Shown one piece after another: positions 27,954 through 35,783 of a stretch of DNA of 39,999 nt. The notes under the pieces are model-generated. The model saw only the letters and a list, made by a program, of their open reading frames with translations. It was not told where the DNA came from and did not search any database. The stretch covers positions 1-39,999 of the forward strand of contig SKLB01000228.1 of assembly GCA_007123465.1 (NCBI GenBank). Direction: 5' to 3'. Positions within the stretch are counted from its first letter, which is position 1; each line of letters begins with the position of its first letter. A program made the position numbers and the translations under genes. The stretch comes from Spirochaetales bacterium (GTDB lineage: Bacteria > Spirochaetota > Spirochaetia > DSM-27196 > PWMO01).

Positions 27954-28847
27954 ATGAGCGATGTTCGATCAGCTCCGTTTCCTGGTACGACGCACCGTGG
28001 GGCCGGAAGGCCGTTCAAGACAGTGTCTGCTGCTGCTGCAGCCGTACTGCTACTCGCCGGATGCAACGCTGCGCGCGACGTCAATGCAGAACGGCCCGCG
28101 CCAAGCGCAGACGAACCTGTGCTCCACTCGGCATTCAGCCTGACCGAGGAGCAGTTGCTGCAGATGGTGGAATCACAGCCTGATCCGCTGCCGGCGCGCG
28201 TTGCCGAGCACCCGCAACGCTTCCTGGAACTGGCTGATTCGGTCCTCGATCTGGAGCACGATTTCATACTGCTGGTCGATAAACAGCACCCGTTGCCGCC
28301 GGACTATCAGCCCGCTGACCTGGTGTCGTTGAGCGACTACGGCGGTCGCATCGGCTACGCGGCAGCTGACCGAACGGTACGCGAGGCAATTGTGGACGAT
28401 CTGCTGGCGATGGCCGAAGAGGCCCGCGAAGACGGCGTGCACCTGCTGGTTCAGTCGGCCTATCGCTCCTGGAACTATCAGCAGACCCTCTTCAACAACT
28501 ACGTGGCGCGGCACGGCGAAGAAGCCGCCGAGCGTTTCTCGGCCCGGCCGGGGCACTCGCAGCACCAGCTGGGCAGCGCGGTTGACTTTGCGCCGATTGG
28601 CCACCAGTTCAGCGGCACGGAGGATGACCTCTGGCTGCGCGAGAACGCCTGGCGCTTTGGTTTCTCGCTTTCCTATCCGGACGGCTTGGAAGCGATCACC
28701 GGCTACATCTATGAGCCGTGGCACTACCGCTGGATCGGCCGTGATGCCACACAACTCGAACGCGAGTTCTTCGGCGGGATCCAGCAGCATATGCTCGAGT
28801 TCCTGCACACCCACGCAGACACCCTGCGCGCCGCACGGGCCCAATAG
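27954..28847 (+). CDS. VanY/M15-family D-alanyl-D-alanine carboxypeptidase lipoprotein
   Basis: Lipobox LLLAGC. SAYRSWNYQ, PGHSQHQLGSAVDF (SxHxxGxAxD zinc site) and EPWHYRW. Confidence 0.8.
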   Translation: MSDVRSAPFPGTTHRGAGRPFKTVSAAAAAVLLLAGCNAARDVNAERPAPSADEPVLHSAFSLTEEQLLQMVESQPDPLPARVAEHPQRFLELADSVLDLEHDFILLVDKQHPLPPDYQPADLVSLSDYGGRIGYAAADRTVREAIVDDLLAMAEEAREDGVHLLVQSAYRSWNYQQTLFNNYVARHGEEAAERFSARPGHSQHQLGSAVDFAPIGHQFSGTEDDLWLRENAWRFGFSLSYPDGLEAITGYIYEPWHYRWIGRDATQLEREFFGGIQQHMLEFLHTHADTLRAARAQ

Positions 28848-28857
28848 CGCGCCGGCT

Positions 28858-30096
28858 ATGGAACTGCTGTCACCCGCCGGCAATAGCGAGAAACTGCGTT
28901 GGGCCTACCTCTGGGGCGCTGATGCCGCCTATATCGGGCTACACGGGTTCTCACTGCGTTCGCGCGCCGACAACTTTGGCCTGCAGGAGTTCGCCGGGCT
29001 CAAGCGGATCAAGGCCGGGAGGCGGCTCTACTGCGCACTGAACATCTATTTCTTTGACCACGATATCACCGCGCTCGAGCGTGCGCTGGACCAGGTGGAC
29101 CACGGTATCTTTGACGCGTTTATTGTAAGTGACCTCGGCATCCTTCCCACGCTGCGGCGCCGCTTCCCGGATACCGAACTGCACCTGTCAACCCAGGCCA
29201 ACTGCATCAACAGCGACGCTGCGCGCTTCTATCGCGACCTGGGTTTCTCGCGTGTGGTACCCGGGCGGGAGCTGTCGCTGGCGCAGATTGCCGCAATCAA
29301 GAACACGGTTCCGGATCTGCAGCTGGAGGTGTTTGCGCACGGAGCGATGTGTCTGGCCTACTCGGGGCGCTGCTTTCTGAGCCGCTGGATGAGTGACCGG
29401 TCTGCCAACCAGGGAGACTGCGCGCACTCGTGCCGCTGGAACTACCGGCTCGGTGTCGATCCGCTGGTCCTGGAAGAACAGCAGCGTCCCGGTGAGTATT
29501 ATCCGATTATCGAAGCCGACAACTTCACCGAGATTCTCTCCTCGCGAGACCTCTGCATGATCGACCACCTGGCTCAGCTGCGCGATGCCGGTGTCGACAG
29601 CCTCAAGATCGAAGGGCGCATGAAGTCGGTCTACTATACAGCGGTAGTCACTCGCGCCTATCGCGCGGCGCTCGATGCGTTTTCCGCACCCGATCCCCGC
29701 GCACTTGAGTTCAGTGCGGAACTCGATGAAGTCAGCCATCGAGAATACACCACCGGCTTCTACTTTGACCGCGAGGCAATCGAGCGCCCGGCCGCCCGCG
29801 GTTATCGCCGCGGCTACCTGTTTCTCGGAGCGGTTGAGGAGAGAGTTGGGGTGCGGCGCTACCGCATCTCGGTCAAGAATGCGTTCTCCATCGGACAGGA
29901 AATAGAGTTTCTCGGTCCACGCAGCACAACACTGAGCGACAGAGCGTTTGTGCTGCTGGACGCCGAGCACAACCCGGTCAAACAGGCAATTCACCAAGGA
30001 ACCTGGTACCTCGAAACCGACTGCGCCGTTGACGCGGGCTACCTGATCCGTACCCGACTGCCTAACGCAGGGTCCGCACCCGGGCCAGCGTTGTAG
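28858..30096 (+). CDS. Peptidase U32-family protein
   Basis: MELLSPAGN start typical of the family, and an exact U32 signature EVFAHGAMCLAYSGRC. The ORF-track start at 28390 is an out-of-frame overlap with the VanY gene. Confidence 0.85.
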   Translation: MELLSPAGNSEKLRWAYLWGADAAYIGLHGFSLRSRADNFGLQEFAGLKRIKAGRRLYCALNIYFFDHDITALERALDQVDHGIFDAFIVSDLGILPTLRRRFPDTELHLSTQANCINSDAARFYRDLGFSRVVPGRELSLAQIAAIKNTVPDLQLEVFAHGAMCLAYSGRCFLSRWMSDRSANQGDCAHSCRWNYRLGVDPLVLEEQQRPGEYYPIIEADNFTEILSSRDLCMIDHLAQLRDAGVDSLKIEGRMKSVYYTAVVTRAYRAALDAFSAPDPRALEFSAELDEVSHREYTTGFYFDREAIERPAARGYRRGYLFLGAVEERVGVRRYRISVKNAFSIGQEIEFLGPRSTTLSDRAFVLLDAEHNPVKQAIHQGTWYLETDCAVDAGYLIRTRLPNAGSAPGPAL

Positions 30097-31030
30097 CGGC
30101 CAGTTCCTCAAGCGGCGCCAGCCGACGCGTCAGATAGCCGGCTATCACTTCGGCTTCCATCACACTATCCAGCGCCGAAACGAGTTCGGCGCGCAACATC
30201 TCGCAATCAGCGCCCAGGCGATTGAGCCGCTGTTGCAGCGGAGCATCTGCCAGAAACTCCGCCCGGTTACCGGCGTGCCGCGCTGCAGCGTGCAGGCCGG
30301 CGGTGGCCTTACGCAGTGTACGCCATGACTCTTCGGTGAACCGATCGAGCCGTTCCGCGCTCTCAGCCACCGGACAAACCAGCGCAGCGAGCCCACAGTT
30401 ATCACCCGCACTGAGATCAAACGCCCGCGCAATACTCGCCTCGATCGGTTGGAACTCATCGGATGCCGGCGCGGAATCCGGCGCCGGCGGCTGCAGCAGC
30501 GGCTCGATCCCGCGCGAGCGCAGTAGTTGCTGCAGCGGCTGCACGAAGCGCCGACGGTAGGCGTCCTGCAGCTTCTGATCGCCGCAACTGCCAACCGCGC
30601 CCAGTGCAATACGCGCAACATCTCCTGTCACTGCCAGCAGATCTTCGACCACGCGTTCGGCCATTCGCAGCGCCGCAGCCAGAGAAACGTCCATCTCACG
30701 CCAATCGCTTGAAATACGCGCCAGACGGGCAAAGTTTTCAACCCGGTCCAGCACGCGCGGCAGACCGTGGCGCGCCAGGTGAGGCACAAGCGTAACGTTG
30801 GATCGTGCCGCAACCGAGCAGATGCCTTCGATCTCCTTTTCGCTGAACGATCCAGGTCCTGCCAGTCTGGCATCGATGTTCCAGGGAAAACTCTCCTCCC
30901 AGTCAACCACCAGCTCCTGTACCCCTGCGTCAGACAGCAGCGGCAGCAGCCGACACAGGTGGTCGGCTCTGGGTGGAATGCCGCGGAAACTGAGTTCAAG
31001 CGTGCCTGCCTCTCCGATTGTTGACCGCAT
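30062..31030 (-). CDS. Hypothetical protein, with a weak resemblance to the GH20/HEXDC-like TIM-barrel N-terminal half
   Basis: 322-aa ORF. ELVVDWEESFPWNID recalls the LLEWEDMFPY-type motif of HEXDC-like hexosaminidases (recollection). The 3' end overlaps the U32 gene by 35 nt. Confidence 0.45.
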   Translation of the reverse strand: MRSTIGEAGTLELSFRGIPPRADHLCRLLPLLSDAGVQELVVDWEESFPWNIDARLAGPGSFSEKEIEGICSVAARSNVTLVPHLARHGLPRVLDRVENFARLARISSDWREMDVSLAAALRMAERVVEDLLAVTGDVARIALGAVGSCGDQKLQDAYRRRFVQPLQQLLRSRGIEPLLQPPAPDSAPASDEFQPIEASIARAFDLSAGDNCGLAALVCPVAESAERLDRFTEESWRTLRKATAGLHAAARHAGNRAEFLADAPLQQRLNRLGADCEMLRAELVSALDSVMEAEVIAGYLTRRLAPLEELAATTLARVRTLR

Positions 31031-31057
31031 GTTGCTGCAACTCTACCCGGCAGCAAC
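31031..31057 (-). promoter_or_regulatory. 8-bp hairpin abutting the start codon of the 322-aa gene, with an SD-like sequence in the loop
   Basis: Minus-strand RNA is GUUGCUGC-CGGGUAGAGUU-GCAGCAAC followed directly by AUG (31030). Confidence 0.3.
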
Positions 31058-31133
31058 ACTGCGCGCAAGGGTTTAGCCGCTAATCGCACGCTCCAACCTT
31101 GCGTTTTTGACACACTCCGGCTATCTTTTCGGT

Positions 31134-32468
31134 ATGCAGAGCTTTCAAGAATCGTTTGCAGAGATAGGATTGGCGGTTCCAGATATCTGGTTGCCAGCTG
31201 AAGGGACCGATCTGGAACGCTGGGCGGTCATCGCGTGCGATCAGCACACATCGGATCCTGGTTACTGGGAGCAGGTAGAGAAAAAGGTGGGCAATGCACC
31301 GTCCACGCTGGCGCTGATTTTTCCCGAAGTCTACCTCAACGCGCCCGATGCTGGCGCCCGTATGCACAACGTAGCACAAGCCATGCAGCGTTACGTTGAC
31401 CAGGGAGTGCTGCAGAGCAGCGGGCCTATGGCGGTGCTGGTGGACCGCCAGACTCCGCAGGTTGCCCACCGCACGGGGCTGGTGCTGGCCGTTGACCTGG
31501 AACACTACGACTACCGGCCCGATTCCACGTCGCTGATCCGTGCCAGCGAAGGAACCATTCTGGAGCGCCTGCCTCCGCGCGTCAAGATTCGCAGACAGGC
31601 CAGTTTCGAATTCCCGCACGTGCTTATCCTCATCGACGATCCCGAGAGAACCGTGATCGAACCGTTGTGCCGTGACCGCGATTCGTTTGAGCGGCTCTAC
31701 GATACCAGGTTGATGCTCGGCGGCGGCTCGGTGCGCGGCTACGCGGTACGCGAACCGCAGCATTTACAGCGTATCGCCCATGCCCTGCACAAACTTCGCG
31801 ATCCGGCACGATTGAAGGCGCGCTATGATCGCGACGATGCGATGCTGTTTGCCGTTGGCGACGGCAACCACTCGCTGGCAACCGCCAAGCAGGTCTGGGA
31901 AGAGAAGAAGTCCGCCGGCAGCCCCCTGGCCGACGACCCGGCACGCTACGCGCTGGTCGAAATCATCAACATGCACGATCCCGGCCTGCACGTCGAACCG
32001 ATTCACCGCGTAGTCGATGGCATTGACGCCCAGATGCTGGCTGATACGCTACGCTCGGCAATTAAATCCGGCAAGGAACCGGAGCTGATGACGCCCGGGC
32101 AGGCGGTTGAGCGCGTGCTGCAGACATCCCAGCCGCCGCGCAGTTTTGCGCTGCTGGACGGTGAGCGAGCGCTGTGCTACACCCTGCCCGATGGCTCAGC
32201 ACTGTCCCCCGCGGTGCTGGTGCAGCAAACACTCGAGAGCTTCGAGCAGACCGGCAGCGCCAACGTCGAGATCGACTATATTCACGGTACCGAGGCGATT
32301 ATGGAGCTCAGTCGCCGTGAGGGTTCGCTTGGATTGCTGGTGCCACCGATTGAGGCCGAGTCGCTGTTTCAATACGTTGCCAACAACGGTCCGTTACCGC
32401 GCAAGATTTTTTCGCTGGGAGAGGCGGAAGAAAAGCGCTACTACTTTGAGTCACGGCGAATCGTCTGA
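31134..32468 (+). CDS. DUF1015-family protein
   Basis: LERWAVIACDQHTSDPGYWE and FAVGDGNHSLATAK match the conserved DUF1015 blocks (ACDQ.T and DG.H) as I recall them. Confidence 0.55.
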   Translation: MQSFQESFAEIGLAVPDIWLPAEGTDLERWAVIACDQHTSDPGYWEQVEKKVGNAPSTLALIFPEVYLNAPDAGARMHNVAQAMQRYVDQGVLQSSGPMAVLVDRQTPQVAHRTGLVLAVDLEHYDYRPDSTSLIRASEGTILERLPPRVKIRRQASFEFPHVLILIDDPERTVIEPLCRDRDSFERLYDTRLMLGGGSVRGYAVREPQHLQRIAHALHKLRDPARLKARYDRDDAMLFAVGDGNHSLATAKQVWEEKKSAGSPLADDPARYALVEIINMHDPGLHVEPIHRVVDGIDAQMLADTLRSAIKSGKEPELMTPGQAVERVLQTSQPPRSFALLDGERALCYTLPDGSALSPAVLVQQTLESFEQTGSANVEIDYIHGTEAIMELSRREGSLGLLVPPIEAESLFQYVANNGPLPRKIFSLGEAEEKRYYFESRRIV

Positions 32469-32869
32469 AGCAGGAAGAACGCCAGCAGCGCTGAGCTGAG
32501 CGCCAGCGCCCGAAACAGGTTTCGATCCGCACTCCAGCGCTCGGGTTGCGCCAGTTTCTCCCCGGCAGACTCCGCCGGTTCTACGGCGCCGACGCGGCCG
32601 GGAATGCGGATCAAACCCTCGGATTGGCCCACGTAGCCCATTCGTCGCGCTTCGATTCGAATCTGCTGCGGATCCGAACGCAGTCTCCGCGCTGAAGCTG
32701 AGAGCTCATTCTGCAGCTCGGTGAGTTCTTCGATGTGTGATACCAGAGTGTCGCGATACTCCGAGAGCCCCGCGTACGCCAACAGCCCGCGTTCGCCAAA
32801 AAATAGCGTCATCAGGAGATAGATCCAGGCGGCGATCGCCAGCGAGAGTCCAAGATTCTTAACTATCAC
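32441..32869 (-). CDS. FtsB/DivIC-like septum formation initiator
   Basis: Single N-terminal TM LSLAIAAWIYLLMTLFF, then a coiled coil LVSHIEELTELQNELSASARRL and the DPQQIRIEARRMGYV motif typical of the family. The 3' end overlaps DUF1015 by 28 nt. Confidence 0.6.
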   Translation of the reverse strand: MIVKNLGLSLAIAAWIYLLMTLFFGERGLLAYAGLSEYRDTLVSHIEELTELQNELSASARRLRSDPQQIRIEARRMGYVGQSEGLIRIPGRVGAVEPAESAGEKLAQPERWSADRNLFRALALSSALLAFFLLQTIRRDSK

Positions 32870-32908
32870 ACTTCTGAGTTACGGAACAAACAGCGACACT
32901 CTTTAATG

Positions 32909-32938
32909 TTGACAACCGAAATTGCGTTGCAGTACAGT
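32909..32938 (+). promoter_or_regulatory. Sigma-70-like promoter TTGACA-N18-TACAGT
   Basis: TTGACA at 32909-32914 and TACAGT at 32933-32938, in the 146-bp divergent intergenic region. Confidence 0.35.
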
Positions 32939-32948
32939 GAGAAACGTG

Positions 32949-32976
32949 TCAACAGCACTCTGTTCGATGCCGATAA
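32949..32976 (+). promoter_or_regulatory. Sigma-28 (FliA)-type promoter: TCAA-N16-GCCGATAA
   Basis: GCCGATAA at 32969-32976 matches the sigma-28 -10 consensus 8/8. TCAA at 32949-32952 matches TAAA 3/4. The ATG lies 39 nt downstream with a GGGAG RBS at 33002-33006. Confidence 0.5.
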
Positions 32977-33015
32977 GAAAATTGATGAACCCCATGTTCC
33001 CGGGAGATAACTGAA

Positions 33016-34695
33016 ATGGAGCTCGAGCAGTACGGAGTCTGGGTCAAAGCGGGGCCTGAAGACGTAGCGGACGACAATGAAGAGATGTTCGCTCTCTCAG
33101 ACGTTGGTGACGACGTCGATCAGGACACGTTCGCTGAGTCGAGCCATCTTACCTCCGAAGAAGAGGATCTGCTGGCATCGCTCGAAGAGGAAGAGCCCGC
33201 TGCAGAGCAGCCCGCCGCTGTGGCAGAGTCCGCTGACGGCGATCAAGATTTTTCCTTTGATCTCGACCAGGACGACGAAACACTGGAAGACAGCCTCTCG
33301 CTGGATGACTTCACACTCGATGATATTGAGCTCGATGACATGTCGATCCCGGCCGAAGAGTCCGCAGCAACCGCTGATCTGGAGGATGACCTGAGCCTCG
33401 AGGACACCGCAGAGGAACTGCCCGAACTCGACATCGAAAGCGATGAAGGATTCGACGACCTCGACGCAGTCACGCGCGAGATGACCGACAACAGCTCCGC
33501 GCCGCCCGCCCCCGACGGCTCTCAACGCCCAGCAGCAGAACCGATCGGCGGGATAGAAAGCGAGCTCGCGTCAATCAAGGCCGAGCTCCAGGCGCTGCGC
33601 GAAGAGCTGGCCGAGATCCGCAGCGGTGCAGGCCCCGCCCCAGCCGACGCAACCGGCCCAACCGGGAGCGCTATCGACAGCAGCGAGGAACCGCAGATAA
33701 GTGCCGGGTTCTTTGAGGAAGACGAAGACGAAACAATCGCGCTCACCGATGATGAGCTCGACAACATCCTGAACACCGCAGAGTTTACCGAGGAACTGGG
33801 CAAACCAAGCGCAGTTGACGATGTCGATGAGGCCGAGCCAGCTACCGAGCCGCTCGAGCAGGCCGACCAGATCAGCCTCGAGCAACTCGATGACGTGGAG
33901 ATGATCGATCTCTCGGATGAATCCGGCGAGGAAGCATCGCAGTGGGAAGATCAGTCGCTGCACGGTGGTGACATTCTCGCGCCATCCAGCTTTGACGAAG
34001 AGATCACTCTGGAAGATGAAGACGACGCCGACCTTCAAGACAGCGAAACCGCTACTGAGCTCTTCGTTGGAACACAAAAGGACGTAGACGCGCTGGCCGA
34101 CATGGACATCGATAGCGAACTCGCGGGCATTGAAGAGCTGCGCGATGACGAAGATGACTATCAAGATGCTGCGCAGGAGACGGGCGCAGCGGAGTTGGAC
34201 TCGCTCGAGATAGACGTACTCGAAGCCGCCCCCGACGAAGACGAGTCTGCAGAATCTGCAGAGGATCTCTCATTAGACAGTCTCGATACGCTTGAAGCAT
34301 CCGGTGAAGAGTTGGAGCTGGCCGAAGCCGCAGATGACGAAGACCAAAGTGGTGGTCTCGAGCTGGATTTGGACGATATCGGCGATGATGCGCCGTTTGA
34401 TCTCAGCGACGAAGACGAGCTGACTCCCTCTTTCCAGGCCGATGACACCGAAGACCTGGACCTGGACATCGATCTGGATGAGGGCCCGCAGCAGCCGGCC
34501 GCTGAGGCACCATCAACAACGGAGTCGTTTCCCTCTGACCTGCGCGAAGAAATCCGCTCGGTGCTGCAGTACATGGACCAGCTGCTCGAGTCGCTGCCGG
34601 AGGAAAAGATCGAAGAGTTTGCGCGTTCAGAGCATTTCGAAGTATACAAGCGGCTCTTTGAGGAACTCGGGCTCGACGCGCCTGGTGCAGAGTAA
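33016..34695 (+). CDS. Polyacidic, low-complexity (probably intrinsically disordered) protein with one short coiled coil and a compact helical C-terminal domain
   Basis: 559 aa. About 36 D/E in the first 100 residues, and only 15 K+R in the whole protein. Recurring L-[DE]-[DE]-x-[LI]-[DE] units. ELASIKAELQALREELAEIRS coiled coil. Ordered-looking C-terminus DLREEIRSVLQYMDQLLESLPEEKIEEFARSEHFEVYKRLFEELGL. Confidence 0.8.
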   Translation: MELEQYGVWVKAGPEDVADDNEEMFALSDVGDDVDQDTFAESSHLTSEEEDLLASLEEEEPAAEQPAAVAESADGDQDFSFDLDQDDETLEDSLSLDDFTLDDIELDDMSIPAEESAATADLEDDLSLEDTAEELPELDIESDEGFDDLDAVTREMTDNSSAPPAPDGSQRPAAEPIGGIESELASIKAELQALREELAEIRSGAGPAPADATGPTGSAIDSSEEPQISAGFFEEDEDETIALTDDELDNILNTAEFTEELGKPSAVDDVDEAEPATEPLEQADQISLEQLDDVEMIDLSDESGEEASQWEDQSLHGGDILAPSSFDEEITLEDEDDADLQDSETATELFVGTQKDVDALADMDIDSELAGIEELRDDEDDYQDAAQETGAAELDSLEIDVLEAAPDEDESAESAEDLSLDSLDTLEASGEELELAEAADDEDQSGGLELDLDDIGDDAPFDLSDEDELTPSFQADDTEDLDLDIDLDEGPQQPAAEAPSTTESFPSDLREEIRSVLQYMDQLLESLPEEKIEEFARSEHFEVYKRLFEELGLDAPGAE

Positions 34696-34698
34696 GCC

Positions 34699-35768
34699 AT
34701 GAAGACCGAAGGACTGCTGCGCAGGGCGATTCGCATTCAGAATAGCGGCAGCCCGAGCGGGGCTGCTACGCCGTCGCACGCCCAGGTTCAGCCACAAAAA
34801 AAAAAGCGCTCGCCGAGCTTCTCCGTGAGGCGCCTGCGGTTGACCAGCCGGTCGAGAACCTCGATGCGGAAGCTGCAGTTGCCCACCTGCTGAGAGAGTT
34901 TGAGACTATCCACACCGGCTTCGACGCGCCGGTACGCGTGTTCTCACTGTTGTGCCGGGATCTCGGGATAGAAAAAGGTGCATTGCTCCTGCCGGACTAT
35001 GACGGCGTACATTTTGCGCCGTGGGCTCTGCGCGGTATCGACAGCACCTCCGAGCGGCGCATGCAGATACCGTCAGCCATGCTGCAGGAAATGTGTGATG
35101 TCACCGCGGTTGATATCCTGCAGGCTGAACGCCTCGAGCCGTGGCGGCGCTACTTCTCTTTCCGCGAAGGTTCAATGTTGAAGCATCTGGCGCTGATCCC
35201 ATTCTGCGTTGACAGCTCGCCGTTGGCAGTGATCCTTATTGCAGCCAGTCCCTACCTGCAGGTCGAACACATCGCTATTCGCCTGATTGTCTCAGCAATT
35301 CGCGAGCGCGCACTCGCTCTGATTCTGCACGATCATGAAGCCCGCGTACGGGCCCGCTTCCGTCACGTACTGAGCGCGCACAACGACATTGTGCAGCGTA
35401 TCAGCGAAGAGCTCGAGCGACCGGATGTCACCTCGGTCACTGCGGTGGTAATCGAAGTGGCAACGCTGCTGACCGCAGTCAGCGACAGTAACCATGACGC
35501 TGATCGATATCACCTGCAGCAGGATCTGCTGCGGATAATTGGATCGATGGTGGAGGATAGTGCCACAGCCGGCCTGTCGGCGCCGGGCAGGATTGTGCTG
35601 ATTCTGCAACCAGGCCTTGCGCTGGGTCCGGAACTGCTGGTTCACCAGCTGCAGTTGTCGTTGGCGGAGCTGTTTCAGGAGCTGCCCCAACCGATTGACC
35701 TCAAACCACGCTACAAGACAATAACGCGTGACGTAGCTGCCGTCGACGAACTGCTGTCTTCACCCTGA
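34699..35768 (+). CDS. GAF-like domain protein split at an A10 tract (ORFs 34699-34893 and 34938-35768). A continuous 356-aa product requires a -1 shift at A_AAA_AAG
   Basis: ATG lies 3 nt after the upstream stop. After the A-tract, the -1 frame reads KKKALAELLREAPAVDQPVENLDAEAAVAHLLREFETIHTGFDAPVRVFSLLCRDLG... straight into the 276-aa ORF. The 0 frame instead gives R/S-rich junk and stops at 34893. The -1 frame is closed upstream by TAG at 34743 and has no ATG/GTG/TTG before 34938. Confidence 0.5.
34796..34805 (+). repeat. A10 homopolymer (slippery tract) inside a coding region of a high-GC genome
   Basis: Ten consecutive A, read in frame as CAA AAA AAA AAG, which contains the heptamer A_AAA_AAG at 34800-34806. 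Confidence 0.9.
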
Positions 35769-35783
35769 ACCGGTGGTGTCTCA

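Noticed and set aside
28390-28857. N-terminal 156-codon extension of the U32 ORF
   Set aside because: It overlaps the VanY/M15 gene in another frame, and its composition is R/S/T/A-rich. U32 family similarity starts at MELLSPAG (ATG 28858).
31107-31112. TTGACA hexamer as the -35 box for the DUF1015 gene
   Set aside because: It lies only 21 nt from the ATG at 31134, leaving no properly spaced -10 box upstream of the coding start. An alternative TTGCGT-N17-TATCTT would imply a leaderless mRNA, which is too speculative to list.
33097-34736. Several long minus-strand ORFs (142, 197 and 191 aa, Ser-rich) opposite the acidic-protein gene
   Set aside because: They are mirror images of GAN/GAR-rich codons (antisense reads as Ser/Leu-rich). 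They have no start context and fully overlap a gene with an RBS and an ordered C-terminal domain.
34806-34833. Frameshift-stimulating hairpin downstream of the A_AAA_AAG site
   Set aside because: The best pairing I could find is about 5 bp (GCGCU with GGCGC). There is no convincing stem or upstream SD-like element, so programmed frameshifting is not favoured over slippage or sequencing error.
34699-34893. Stand-alone 64-aa gene
   Set aside because: After the A10 tract the frame turns into R/S-rich sequence (RSPSFSVRRLRLTSRSRTS), while the -1 frame reads as good protein continuous with the next ORF. It is treated as the 5' part of a frameshifted gene.
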